The position numbers and the translations under genes are program-made. A stretch of DNA of 64,000 bases from a virus: positions 32,551-96,550 of the IMG/VR virus record IMGVR_UViG_3300023174_004998, one strand, 5' to 3'. Shown piece by piece: positions 17,532 through 27,257 of the stretch. The notes beneath the pieces are model-generated. The model saw only the letters and a list, made by a program, of their open reading frames with translations, searched no databases and had not been told where the DNA came from. How positions within the stretch are numbered: position 1 is the first letter of the stretch; each line of letters starts with the position of its first letter.

Positions 17532-18136
17532 TTTGTTGATTTAGCTTCAGCACGGTCTTGTGCTTTGAGAGGTAAACTTACAGGGTATTGATAACAAGCT
17601 TCTGGGTTACCCTGACCAGCTTCGGTCAAGAATGATGTAGCTGCCGGAACTTGTCCCGATGGGCATGAACACACAGCAATGCCATCAGCACCTTTGACAC
17701 AGTTCCAACTGAAACAGTTGCTGGACTTGGCGCCAAGATTCAAACTGGCATCACACTTTTGTACAGTGGCTTTTTGTTTCCATGGTAATGAACTAAAGTT
17801 GCTGGCTTCTTGTGGGTAAAACAGTTTGGGAGCAAACAAACTCCAAACATTTTTATCACTAGTAGGCGCACATGAACCTTTCATATTGCCAGCTGAGGTA
17901 TCAGCAATAGCATGGCCTTTGAGTATGGGGCAACGGCATTCTACTTCAGGATATGGCACACCATTGTTGCCAGTGATCATTTTTGGTGTTCCATCTTTGT
18001 TCATGACTGGTTTGCAAGTGCTGGCGGCACACAGCGCATATTCGCCATCACAGAGTGTAATACCAGCAGTGGGCAATTGAGCCAACACAGGGGTTGACAG
18101 CATTATGAATGCTACTATTGCTAATAATTGTTTCAT
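17528..18136 (-). CDS. secreted Cys-rich protein
   Basis: Signal peptide MKQLLAIVAFIMLSTPVLA; many Cys. Confidence 0.7.
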   Translation of the reverse strand: MKQLLAIVAFIMLSTPVLAQLPTAGITLCDGEYALCAASTCKPVMNKDGTPKMITGNNGVPYPEVECRCPILKGHAIADTSAGNMKGSCAPTSDKNVWSLFAPKLFYPQEASNFSSLPWKQKATVQKCDASLNLGAKSSNCFSWNCVKGADGIAVCSCPSGQVPAATSFLTEAGQGNPEACYQYPVSLPLKAQDRAEAKSTK

Positions 18137-18149
18137 TGTTTTCCTTTGA

Positions 18150-18251
18150 TTAAGTTTTTAATAACTGCTTGAGTTTGTCCAACGCGGCATTGAAGTTCTC
18201 TGCTATTATTGTAAATGCTTGTCCTTCTACAGTAAAGTTATATGTTCTCAT
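18150..18251 (-). CDS. 33-aa micro-ORF MRTYNFTVEGQAFTII...
   Basis: Hand translation, fills gap, GGAG upstream. Confidence 0.5.
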   Translation of the reverse strand: MRTYNFTVEGQAFTIIAENFNAALDKLKQLLKT

Positions 18252-18252
18252 T

Positions 18253-18783
18253 TCATGCTCCTTTGTTTTTGATCCAGTCATCTGGAGTCTTGTTGTGCTT
18301 GGCTACAAAACGATCATGTAGCTGTTTGGCAGTTATTTTTGATTTTTTAGCGATGGACTGCATCATGTGATCAATGGCATCGTAACTGGTGGGATTTTTT
18401 AAAACCTTTTCTAAATCCTTGACCTCGTCTTCACGCACCCGGGTAGCTACGTTCTTAGCTGGGCCTCGGCGTTCGGGATTGGGATCTTCTCTACGCTTCT
18501 TGGCCGCGGCTGATGCACGTTTCTTTTTGCCCAGTGCATAGGCCTTGGATCTTGGCAAACACTTGGGTTTACCTTCCGAATCATCGCCACGGGCACAGTC
18601 GCCACGAATCTTGCCATCGGGCCCAAAGCGTACCCATTTTTCCTTGAACCACTTCTTGAGATCCTCTTCCATTTGCTGTTCGCTCACAGGCACACAGTTA
18701 GGCACCATGCGGTCACCTTTTTTCTTCATGCCTGCTTGACGATATCCAGTCCAGCAAGCTTCGAGGATTTCTTGATATCTCAT
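18253..18783 (-). CDS. putative internal head protein of short basic modules (MRYQEILE leader)
   Basis: ACWTGY...PNCVP; EDLKKWFKEKWV...KPKCLP; third module ...KHNKTPDDW. Confidence 0.7.
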   Translation of the reverse strand: MRYQEILEACWTGYRQAGMKKKGDRMVPNCVPVSEQQMEEDLKKWFKEKWVRFGPDGKIRGDCARGDDSEGKPKCLPRSKAYALGKKKRASAAAKKRREDPNPERRGPAKNVATRVREDEVKDLEKVLKNPTSYDAIDHMMQSIAKKSKITAKQLHDRFVAKHNKTPDDWIKNKGA

Positions 18784-21700
18784 TTTTTCTTACCGCCATT
18801 GCCCCAGTTGTCAGCACCTTTTTTACGACACTGTACTAAAGCACCTGAAGCATAGGCACTGGGCCAAACTTTGTAACGTGATTTAACTTTATTGTAGCAA
18901 GCGTCTTGTTTTTCATCCAACTGGTCTTCGCCCAGTTCTATGTCACGACGATCTTTGGCTCTTTTCTTAGCATAGTCGGTTTGTGGATTCTTTGGTTGAC
19001 GTGCAACTGGTTTGCCGGCATCTACATCACGTTCACGAGCACGACGCTTTTGATAATCAGTTTGACCTTCCGCCACACCTTGCTGACTCAGTGCTTGACG
19101 TGCTTGTTTCAAGCGCACCAAGGCAGTGCTTTCACCTAACATTGAATCTTCGTCTTCACGATACACGGCCTTCTTCATGGCCAAGAACTTTTGCAGTGCT
19201 GCCAAGTCTTTGGTGTATTTGTCTTTGAGATCTTGGAATTGACGATCTGTTTCTGGCACAGGATACAGTTCTTCCATTTCAATATCTGCTTGCAGGCCAG
19301 GGTAGATACCGCCACGCACATTCTGTGCCTTTAAGAACAGCTTGTCGATCTGTTCTTTCATCTGGATTAACTCATCCAACAATGCTATGTGACGTCTAAG
19401 ACTTAGAAATTCTTCATGACGTTGAGTACGTTGAGCATTTGATGGACGACCACGACGTGGTCCAGCAGGTGTATTGAGATCAACTGCGGCCGGCGCTGGC
19501 TGTGCAGGTTGTTGTAGACTGCGCAACACTGACATGGCCTTGTCATTGAGTGCTTCTTTGATGTAGCCTTGCTTGATACCAACTTTGAGCAAATCGCCAA
19601 TACGTTGTTGTATCGCGGCCTTGGCTTCTGGATCACTCATCAGCGCGATGTCTTTTTGTAGTTCACGCATCACACGCATTTTTTCTGCCCAGTCGCTCAC
19701 AGTCGTGATGGCATTGTATCCTGAACGATTTAAATCTTCAGTTTCACGTATCTTGATACCTTGGCTTTGTGCGCGGCCTTCTAACTCAGCAATCTTCAAA
19801 CGGATGGCTTCTTTCTCACCAGGAGAAGCATTGGCCATCTGACGGAATAGTCGATCACGTGCATTTAAAAACTCTTCACGTTGTTTATTGCTACCGCCTG
19901 GTGTGGGTTGTGCAATGTTGAACTTGTCCATGCGTTGATTTTCACGTGCGATACCAGTCCAGTTAATAGTACCTGTGGGCCAGCGTACACCAATTTCCAT
20001 GGAAGGATATTTCTTCTTTAGAGCTTGTGCATGAGCAAAGGCTTTGTTGGAACTGTGGTGCTGTTTGAGATCACTGACAATACCATCCTTGCGACGTACC
20101 ACACGGAAGTCGCCCACTGGTTCTTCTTCCCCAGCTGATTGTTCTCTGCGTTTGAAATTTTGTGAAGCCTGCTGACCCGCTTTCCATTGCTGTTCAATGT
20201 CTAGGTCTTTGAAACGACCTTCTTCAACATAGTCTTCCTCATCAGCATAGTCATTGTATTTGACATTGGAAGCATGAAACGCATGTTTACCAAAATTGTA
20301 GAGATCCACTATGACAAAGTGCTTGTCACGGCCAAAGCCTGAGACATCACCAGTCTTGCCAGCATGCTCTACGTTGCCACCAATGATCACAGGATCACCA
20401 ATGTGTAATTCTTCATTGCTTTCGTTCATACCAACTGCTTTGCCAAAATCTCCCATGTCTACTCCTTGCAGTGCGGCTGCCATTGGGTCCACTGCGGCAT
20501 CTGATTTTTTCTTTCGAGCACGACTGATAGGAATCACTTTTCCATCATCCTTGGGTATTTCCACATACGGTGGTGCCTGTATCACAGTTGGTTCAGCGAT
20601 TTTCTTGGGAGCGGTTTTCTTGGGAGCGGCTTTCTTACGAACTGCTGGTTTCTTTTTCTTCTCAGGAGCAGGCTGTGCCACGTCTGTTGGTTGTTGCTGT
20701 GGTTGAGTAGCAACTTCTGGTTCTGCGGGTTTCTCTGCGGCCTTTGGTTGTGTTGCTTGCGGTTCTTCAGGTTTCACAGCAGGCTTGGCCGGAACTTCAG
20801 GAGCAGTTTTGGCTACCACTGGTTCTGGTTGTTGTTTGAGTTGTTGTATTTCTTGATCTTGTTGTTGCACCACAGCGGCCAACTGTTGCATCTGTTGATC
20901 TTGAGAATCGTTGTCTTTGCGTAGTTGATCAATTTCAGCTTGTGCGGCCTGCGATTTTTCTAATTCGTCCTGTACAAAGGCTTCAATGTCACTGCCGGCC
21001 GCACTTTGACGAGCACGGGCCAGCTGGAAAGCTCTGGCCACTCGGGGATTTACCATGCTCTTACGATCTAATTCTGTTATTTCAGAATTTTTTTTTTGAG
21101 CTTCAGCTTCTTTGATTTTGGGAGTGCCCATGCCAGGCAGATCCATCTGGCCTGGAGGAACAGGTTCTGTGCCTGGTGCAACATAGGCAGGAACTTTCTT
21201 AGGCATCATACCTTTGGCACGCAATTTGTCAATGTAGTCAACCATGGCCAACTTGTCACCAAATGTATTAAGAATGATGTTGACTTTTTGCTGTGGCTTC
21301 ATACGGCCAAAGTCTTTTAATATAGCATAGATCTGCGAACGATAAAGAGTAAGAGGGCGATCGCCAGCAAATTCGAATTCACTGTAGGGCTTGTTTTCCA
21401 TGTAGTCTTTGATCATGCGTTCCCAATTGATCTTGCCTGCTGTTTGTGTAGTAGGACGATCTGGATTGGCCATGGCGATCTCTTCTACAGCTTGATCTTC
21501 TTCCATCTGTCCGGGCATGGTATCACCTGTGACACCACGTTCGCCAGGAATACTACCTTGGAAATTCTTTTGTTTGTCAATGAGTTGACGCAGTTGTTTC
21601 ATGTGCTGATCAAACTTCACAGGATCTGCAAGATGATTCAAGAACTCTTCCTGACGACCTGCTTTGTTAAATGCTTTGTACTTGGCAAATATCCAACGTG

Positions 21701-21836
21701 TTTCCATTGGATCTAGAGTGATTGTTTCACCGCCAATGTTGAGTACAGCATCCTGTCCTGATTGGGAGGCCTGCATCAAGGCTCGTAAATTATCGTAGCC
21801 TGTGGTAGTATCTTCGATCAAGTTCAGTAAATTCAT
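18780..21836 (-). CDS. 1018-aa modular putative internal polyprotein
   Basis: MNLLNLIE leader; coiled coil, KOW/SH3-like and other segments separated by IKE/MNE/VEE/IRE/VAE/LDE. Confidence 0.7.
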   Translation of the reverse strand: MNLLNLIEDTTTGYDNLRALMQASQSGQDAVLNIGGETITLDPMETRWIFAKYKAFNKAGRQEEFLNHLADPVKFDQHMKQLRQLIDKQKNFQGSIPGERGVTGDTMPGQMEEDQAVEEIAMANPDRPTTQTAGKINWERMIKDYMENKPYSEFEFAGDRPLTLYRSQIYAILKDFGRMKPQQKVNIILNTFGDKLAMVDYIDKLRAKGMMPKKVPAYVAPGTEPVPPGQMDLPGMGTPKIKEAEAQKKNSEITELDRKSMVNPRVARAFQLARARQSAAGSDIEAFVQDELEKSQAAQAEIDQLRKDNDSQDQQMQQLAAVVQQQDQEIQQLKQQPEPVVAKTAPEVPAKPAVKPEEPQATQPKAAEKPAEPEVATQPQQQPTDVAQPAPEKKKKPAVRKKAAPKKTAPKKIAEPTVIQAPPYVEIPKDDGKVIPISRARKKKSDAAVDPMAAALQGVDMGDFGKAVGMNESNEELHIGDPVIIGGNVEHAGKTGDVSGFGRDKHFVIVDLYNFGKHAFHASNVKYNDYADEEDYVEEGRFKDLDIEQQWKAGQQASQNFKRREQSAGEEEPVGDFRVVRRKDGIVSDLKQHHSSNKAFAHAQALKKKYPSMEIGVRWPTGTINWTGIARENQRMDKFNIAQPTPGGSNKQREEFLNARDRLFRQMANASPGEKEAIRLKIAELEGRAQSQGIKIRETEDLNRSGYNAITTVSDWAEKMRVMRELQKDIALMSDPEAKAAIQQRIGDLLKVGIKQGYIKEALNDKAMSVLRSLQQPAQPAPAAVDLNTPAGPRRGRPSNAQRTQRHEEFLSLRRHIALLDELIQMKEQIDKLFLKAQNVRGGIYPGLQADIEMEELYPVPETDRQFQDLKDKYTKDLAALQKFLAMKKAVYREDEDSMLGESTALVRLKQARQALSQQGVAEGQTDYQKRRARERDVDAGKPVARQPKNPQTDYAKKRAKDRRDIELGEDQLDEKQDACYNKVKSRYKVWPSAYASGALVQCRKKGADNWGNGGKKK

Positions 21837-22654
21837 TATTGTTCTTCCAAGTAATCTTCGTTTTGTGTTGTACGCATACGACGTCTGTTGAGATACATCT
21901 CACAGGCCATCACAGCATGATCCAGGCTTTCAAACTTTGCTGAATGCGGTTTATTCTTTATGGTAATACGGAAACCATCATCTTCGTTTCCGTGTATCTT
22001 GATTTCTTTACCATCATCAGTGACGATGGTTTTCACAGCAGAAGTGATCTTGTCAATGTCCTGCGGTACTTTGTCTTTGAGATCAGAGTCTGATTTGATT
22101 TCTTTTGATAGATCAGATAGATAGTCGCCCAGTTTCTTTTTTACAGTGGAGATGACATCCTCAGTGGCCTTGGCTTCCGACAAACTTGAACCGGCCAGTA
22201 TTTGTTCAACACTGCGCACATAGGCTGATACATCACTGCTGCCAATTTCGTCTACATCGCCCACAAACTCAGCAACATCACGTGCGGCATCCATCACTGC
22301 CTGTGGACCATAACGGCCCAACAAACTGGTGTGTTGCATCATGATACGATGCAAGATAGCACGTTCTACTGGGTTGTCATTATCTTCGCTTTCCAAAAAT
22401 GATTTGGTATCTGGATCCACACCATCAGGAGTCTCATCTGCTCCAGTGTCACCTACTTCGCTACCCCAACCTGTTTCGTCCCCTTCGCCAACCAAATAAC
22501 CTTGTGTGGCGTTCTTGCCAGGATATGGGCCTGACAACTGTGGTGACGTGTTACGAGGCTTAAACAACGCAGGTAATTGCTTGACGCTTTTTTGTGCGGC
22601 GTCAATGCTTTCTATGCGATTGAACGATTCAAGTATCTTGCGTAGGTCTGCCAT
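21836..22654 (-). CDS. modular putative internal protein (MADLRKILE leader)
   Basis: Start after Dps stop; internal LxE junctions. Confidence 0.65.
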   Translation of the reverse strand: MADLRKILESFNRIESIDAAQKSVKQLPALFKPRNTSPQLSGPYPGKNATQGYLVGEGDETGWGSEVGDTGADETPDGVDPDTKSFLESEDNDNPVERAILHRIMMQHTSLLGRYGPQAVMDAARDVAEFVGDVDEIGSSDVSAYVRSVEQILAGSSLSEAKATEDVISTVKKKLGDYLSDLSKEIKSDSDLKDKVPQDIDKITSAVKTIVTDDGKEIKIHGNEDDGFRITIKNKPHSAKFESLDHAVMACEMYLNRRRMRTTQNEDYLEEQ

Positions 22655-22656
22655 GA

Positions 22657-23097
22657 TTATGCTCTTGCGTCTTTTAAGAAACTCTTGAGTTGCCATGCAT
22701 ACTTGCCATGACTGTCTTGACGTTCTGCCATGAAGTTGGCAATGTCCTCACGTCCTTCGGCCTGTGCGACTTGAAATACTTGCATCACAATGCTCTTCAT
22801 TGTTTCTGTATCTGCCAATAATTCTTCTAACATTAGTCGAGCACGTGGAATCTTTGTCTGTCCAGGAATTTGACTGAGTTCATTGAAACGCTCTAGGCTG
22901 CCTGGTGCATAGTCTTCCAAGGTGCGAATGTACTCAGCAATCTTGTCTACAGCACCATATGCATCTGCATAGATTTCAGCAAAAAATTCGTGCAATTGAG
23001 CAAAGTCTGGACCTTCCACATTCCAGTGGAACATCTGTGCTTTTAAGTAATAAGCAAAATTACTGGCTAATAGAGTTTTCAAATCGTCTGACAGCAT
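22657..23097 (-). CDS. dps: Dps/ferritin-like DNA-protecting protein
   Basis: FHWNVEGPDFAQLHEFF, DKIAEYIRTL, KYAWQL. Confidence 0.92.
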   Translation of the reverse strand: MLSDDLKTLLASNFAYYLKAQMFHWNVEGPDFAQLHEFFAEIYADAYGAVDKIAEYIRTLEDYAPGSLERFNELSQIPGQTKIPRARLMLEELLADTETMKSIVMQVFQVAQAEGREDIANFMAERQDSHGKYAWQLKSFLKDARA

Positions 23098-23242
23098 TGG
23101 GTTTCTTCTTTCTAGAATTCTTTTTATATTTATCCGCAGGCACTATAGGCTGGGTTCTTGACAACACAGCACCCATGGGCATGGCAACAGTGGCTATGCC
23201 GCCGCTAACCGTGGTTTCTGCTATAAATTCATGCGCTCTCAT
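23060..23242 (-). CDS. small basic putative internal protein (MRAHEFIAE leader)
   Basis: Leader, ETTVSGGIATVAMPMG, Lys-rich tail. Confidence 0.65.
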   Translation of the reverse strand: MRAHEFIAETTVSGGIATVAMPMGAVLSRTQPIVPADKYKKNSRKKKPNAVRRFENSISQ

Positions 23243-23528
23243 TGACGATCTCAAAGGTTTTTGAGTCAATGACTTGTGCAGGGCCATTGGATACTTTTAA
23301 GTTGCGTATTTTAAATTGACAGTCTGGATCGCCAAGATTATCTACTCTTATAGTGTATTTTCCTGGTGGCGCATCTAGAGATATATTTTCTTCAAGATAC
23401 TGTGTACCGCCCCAGATATAGGTACGCTCTGTGAATAGCTCATGATTCACATATAATCGATAAACTGGGGGCACCTTTTTCCAATCACAAAAAAGGTCTA
23501 GGTTTACTTTTACAAAATGTTTACGCAT
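23229..23528 (-). CDS. hypothetical beta-rich protein
   Basis: ATG 5 nt after TAAATA (23534-23539). Confidence 0.65.
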   Translation of the reverse strand: MRKHFVKVNLDLFCDWKKVPPVYRLYVNHELFTERTYIWGGTQYLEENISLDAPPGKYTIRVDNLGDPDCQFKIRNLKVSNGPAQVIDSKTFEIVNESA

Positions 23529-23556
23529 ACAGATATTTACCGCATGCGTAATTGTG

Positions 23557-24297
23557 TCATTTATGAAAGTTGTCGTACCAGCTGGCTTGCCTACTGAGTT
23601 GTATACCACGTTGGCGTTCAGCTTTGTTGCCTGATTTTTTCATTTTGTTGGCTTTGGCTCGCAGGCGCTTTAGATCTGTTTGACTTAACTTTTCTCCAGA
23701 ACCCTTGCCCAAATAGGCAGCGGCTTTGCGTTTGATGCTACCTGGGCGGCTACCGGGCTTGGCAGCTCCGGTAAAATCTTCCACGGTATTGAGATAGGAT
23801 ACAAGTGTTTCGTTCATGCCAGACTCCTGAAAAATAGGACCTTGAACAGTGTTACCACGCTGTCCAACAATGACTTGATTAAGGTGTTGTGCCCATTCTG
23901 GATTTGCATCAAAATGGCGTCGACGTAGTCCCAAAGGAAATAAATGTACTTCCACAGGATCGTCACCTTCGCTTTGCAGTATGGCCATCATTCTATGGCG
24001 GCCATCATGCCCAACTACTCTAGCTGGTTTAGATAAATTGTTTGATTCCCAGCCCTCGGGTATGTCTATTTCCAAGAACGGTGCGCCAATGCCTTCTGTA
24101 TCTTTGTGTTGTTTGACATATTCTACAGCTTCTTGATCTTGTGGAGTATTGGGCATGGGCAATGCCAACTTTAAGAAAGTACTGGGACGCATGGCTACTC
24201 GCAGTCCAAAGTAGTCAATTTCTTGATTCTTGGGAACACTACCAATGCCTGATTGGTTGTTGATCTTGTATTCGTCAATAAACTCGTGGGATCTCAT
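23557..24297 (-). CDS. ParB/Srx-like domain plus basic module (MRSHEFIDE leader)
   Basis: GIGAPFL...VVGHDGRHRMMAI...VEVH; C-terminal KPGSRPGSIKR module. Confidence 0.7.
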   Translation of the reverse strand: MRSHEFIDEYKINNQSGIGSVPKNQEIDYFGLRVAMRPSTFLKLALPMPNTPQDQEAVEYVKQHKDTEGIGAPFLEIDIPEGWESNNLSKPARVVGHDGRHRMMAILQSEGDDPVEVHLFPLGLRRRHFDANPEWAQHLNQVIVGQRGNTVQGPIFQESGMNETLVSYLNTVEDFTGAAKPGSRPGSIKRKAAAYLGKGSGEKLSQTDLKRLRAKANKMKKSGNKAERQRGIQLSRQASWYDNFHK

Positions 24298-24614
24298 TAG
24301 CGCACCCGTAACACAGGATTGCGCCCGTGGTAGTTTTCGTTGTGATACACAGTATTCAACAACAGCTTGTTGGGATCAAAGGCCGACCTCATCATGCCAA
24401 GATGTATGTTGTGGTGACTGTCAAAAACATTGAACTGTGTGTTAGGTTCCAACTCTTTGATGTGTCTGCGAGCACGATCTAATCTGTTGAGTATGCCTAC
24501 GATTATGGGCATAGAGATTCCACGCTTTTCAGCACGATTGTCCAAGTGCGGACTCACACGTATGCGGAATCCACCTGCGTTGAGATCTTCAGTGACAAAT
24601 TCTTGAGCTTTCAA
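24297..24614 (-). CDS. small putative internal protein, possible RNase-toxin-like fold (MKAQEFVTE leader)
   Basis: SPHLDNRAEKRGI...LLLNTVY resembles DUF4258/BrnT-like patterns; TTG start. Confidence 0.55.
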   Translation of the reverse strand: MKAQEFVTEDLNAGGFRIRVSPHLDNRAEKRGISMPIIVGILNRLDRARRHIKELEPNTQFNVFDSHHNIHLGMMRSAFDPNKLLLNTVYHNENYHGRNPVLRVR

Positions 24615-24793
24615 CGCACTCTCCTGATGGCACCAATGTGATGATCTTCTATACCATACTGTGCTTTCAATAACTGGCGTGCTTCTGCTTGATTGTGAGC
24701 ATACACTGACACTTCAATCCTACCTGTGTAGTTGGGATTGCTGATGGTAATTTTAGCCAACCAACGGTGTCCTGTGAGTTCTTTTGCTCGCAT
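24611..24793 (-). CDS. small hypothetical protein (MRAKEL leader)
   Basis: VYAHNQAEARQLLKAQYG. Confidence 0.6.
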   Translation of the reverse strand: MRAKELTGHRWLAKITISNPNYTGRIEVSVYAHNQAEARQLLKAQYGIEDHHIGAIRRVR

Positions 24794-24806
24794 AATGTAT
24801 TACTTA

Positions 24807-25697
24807 TTAGTTTGTCTCAAAGTTCTTTTGAACGCGATATGTTTCGTCCGGGAACTTGGCCAAGTAAGCGTCAATCATGTGATCGAAACTACTGCCAAAT
24901 CTGGCTTTCAAACTTTTCAAGCTCACTGCCTGATCTTTTTCGTTCATGAACTGACCTGTTTGTTCGTTGTTGATGATATAGTCTTCACCACGATCGTGAT
25001 ATATTTCCAAATAATCACTGTCATTGTACACAGGCAGATCGCCAATGCTGTAGTCAAACCACAGCTGATACTTTTCACCTGGATGTTGAGGTTGTTGCGG
25101 TACAACTATCAGCAGGGGTGTGTTTTCAGCATAGTTGTTGAAATAGTTCTTGCCTTTGGTTGCCGCTGTACACCAGCGTGTGCCTTGCCCATAGTAACAG
25201 GCCGCGGCTTGATCGTAGGGCATGATCACTCGAACTTGCTGATCCTGATATATTTCTTCAGCCTGTCCTTTGTCTTTTAACTCAGGTGCTTCGGGATCTG
25301 GATATTCATCCATCACACTCATGAAGTCACCAAAGTTACTGTAGCCCAAGATATCATTTCTGGGTGCTGGTATTTTTTTTCTGCGAGTTAATACATAGAA
25401 CTTTTCCAAATATTCACGCACCTGTGTGAGTACATCTTCAAGAAATGTTTCACCTTTGATGTAGGTACGAGCCAACCAAGGCATGTACTGTTTGTTGGGT
25501 GAAGGGTCTGCCAGTTCCAACATGCGGATCAAAGCTTCTATAGTATCATCGTCGCTGTCTTGTGGGCCAAGATCACGACCCAGTACTCTGCGTATGCGGC
25601 CCGGCCCTTCTCTACGGAATGTGTTCAGCACTTGAGTTCCCAGGCGTTGCTTGGTTATGTCACGGCTGTATTCTAATAGGAATTCCTGGGCTCTCAT
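24807..25697 (-). CDS. putative internal protein with ACYYGxGTRWCTA (PcfJ-like) domain (MRAQEFLLE leader)
   Basis: ADPSPNKQYMPW, AACYYGQGTRWCTAA, KYQL, FMNEKD. Confidence 0.65.
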   Translation of the reverse strand: MRAQEFLLEYSRDITKQRLGTQVLNTFRREGPGRIRRVLGRDLGPQDSDDDTIEALIRMLELADPSPNKQYMPWLARTYIKGETFLEDVLTQVREYLEKFYVLTRRKKIPAPRNDILGYSNFGDFMSVMDEYPDPEAPELKDKGQAEEIYQDQQVRVIMPYDQAAACYYGQGTRWCTAATKGKNYFNNYAENTPLLIVVPQQPQHPGEKYQLWFDYSIGDLPVYNDSDYLEIYHDRGEDYIINNEQTGQFMNEKDQAVSLKSLKARFGSSFDHMIDAYLAKFPDETYRVQKNFETN

Positions 25698-25894
25698 TTC
25701 TTTCGCCCCGATTTCATATTGGCACACCAATGGTACATCTTGGCACGTTCGCCAGAAGCATTTTTAGCACGTCGACGTAGATCAGTTACACTGCCCGAGC
25801 AACTGGCACCTGCACGTTTTACACGGCCTGGGCGACTTTTTCCTTTGACCCGACCGTCGGCAAAGTTTTCCGTTACAAATTCATGTGCTCTCAT
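25694..25894 (-). CDS. small basic putative internal protein (MRAHEFVTE leader)
   Basis: ENFADGRVKGKSRPGRVKRAGASC...HWCANMKSGRKK. Confidence 0.7.
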   Translation of the reverse strand: MRAHEFVTENFADGRVKGKSRPGRVKRAGASCSGSVTDLRRRAKNASGERAKMYHWCANMKSGRKK

Positions 25895-26667
25895 AAACTA
25901 AAAGGATCCATTATAACTAAATGACCATCGCTTCTACGGCGCAGGTTTTCTATGTTGCTCAAATCTAACGGTGCATGACCGCCCAAGGCGTCAATGAGAT
26001 CTTCAGTGGCCATGAGCAACCCTTGGACTTCGTCGTCATCCAACTCAGGAGGCATTGGGTTATTCTGTTGATAAGCATCAGCATATCCACGTGCCGCCGC
26101 GTTCATCAAATCTTCAAGGTATTCCAATGTGGCTTCTTCATTGGCCACATAGTCCAGATATTCCATTTCATACACAAAATAAGTTTCACCGTTGAGAGAG
26201 AATTCACCTGTGTTGTAGATACGAGGATAGTAGGGATTGCGCTGATTGCGTAGGAAAAACGCTACATAATCTCGAACAATCTTTTCACGTTCAGGATCAC
26301 CAATGCCCAGCACTTTGACCACTGTGTTCCTAGGACTGACAAATGCCATCTGATCGCGGCCTTCGCCAGCAAACTGATACCCACGTTTGAAAAAGTAGTC
26401 TTCAATGTGTTGGCTGACTGTGAGTTCGTCATCAGCGTTGATTTCTGTAAGTCCTTTTTTCTTGGCAAAGTCAATTTGACGCAACATGGCATTGATGTCT
26501 ACTGGATCACGCCCACGTACTTTTAAATCTGTTTCTAAGTCCTGTGGTGATGGATCATCTTTTCTCAGCATGCCTGGGTGGCGAGCAAGACTGGGCCTTT
26601 TAGTAGTAGGCGGCACAATGGGGGTGACAGGAGTTATGACTTCAGTTACAAACTCTTGGGCTCTCAT
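25891..26667 (-). CDS. protein-kinase-like effector (MRAQEFVTE leader)
   Basis: GEGRDQMAF, VVKV, YPRIY, YEMEYL, DLSNIENL, LVIMDP. Confidence 0.7.
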   Translation of the reverse strand: MRAQEFVTEVITPVTPIVPPTTKRPSLARHPGMLRKDDPSPQDLETDLKVRGRDPVDINAMLRQIDFAKKKGLTEINADDELTVSQHIEDYFFKRGYQFAGEGRDQMAFVSPRNTVVKVLGIGDPEREKIVRDYVAFFLRNQRNPYYPRIYNTGEFSLNGETYFVYEMEYLDYVANEEATLEYLEDLMNAAARGYADAYQQNNPMPPELDDDEVQGLLMATEDLIDALGGHAPLDLSNIENLRRRSDGHLVIMDPFSL

Positions 26668-27257
26668 GATCCCATCCACCGTGCTATCATTGTGGTGCGA
26701 GCACTTGAATACACACCAGTGCCACGTCGAGTGCTACGCATGCTTCGGCTACCAGGTTCTACAGGAAATGTAAAACGAGTCCAAGTTTTGTTTTGATCTA
26801 CTACGTTGTCTCCAGGCCGTGGACGATATTCTGGAGTGCGTTCCATGGTATAGCCTTTGACTTCTACTCCTGGTATGGAGTTTAACATAAGCCACATGGC
26901 TTGTCCGTGCTTGGTTTGTGTGTCTCCAGCTTCCAATGTAAGTTTGAGTATGTTGAGAGCAATACCATACAGAGCCTTGCCCAATCCTCGACCACGATAG
27001 TCAGGATCTGTGGCCACAGTTTCCACTTGCCAGGTTTTCAATGGATCAAGAGTTGCGCCAAGATCCAGTTCCGCAACCAGGGTGTCACCGTCAAAGATCA
27101 TGATTTCCATAAATTCAGGATCTTTTTTGTTTACAGCATAGGTATAGCCACTGCCGCCTGGCAAAGGTTTTTTCTTTATTTTATAGTCAGGTTGTCTCAA
27201 TGTGTCTTTGTCACCAAAGTCACCTTGTGGTATGCGGGCTATTTCGTAAAATCTCAT
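26664..27257 (-). CDS. GNAT acetyltransferase (MRFYEI leader)
   Basis: VATDPDYRGRGLGKALY, QTKHGQAMW. Confidence 0.85.
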   Translation of the reverse strand: MRFYEIARIPQGDFGDKDTLRQPDYKIKKKPLPGGSGYTYAVNKKDPEFMEIMIFDGDTLVAELDLGATLDPLKTWQVETVATDPDYRGRGLGKALYGIALNILKLTLEAGDTQTKHGQAMWLMLNSIPGVEVKGYTMERTPEYRPRPGDNVVDQNKTWTRFTFPVEPGSRSMRSTRRGTGVYSSARTTMIARWMGS

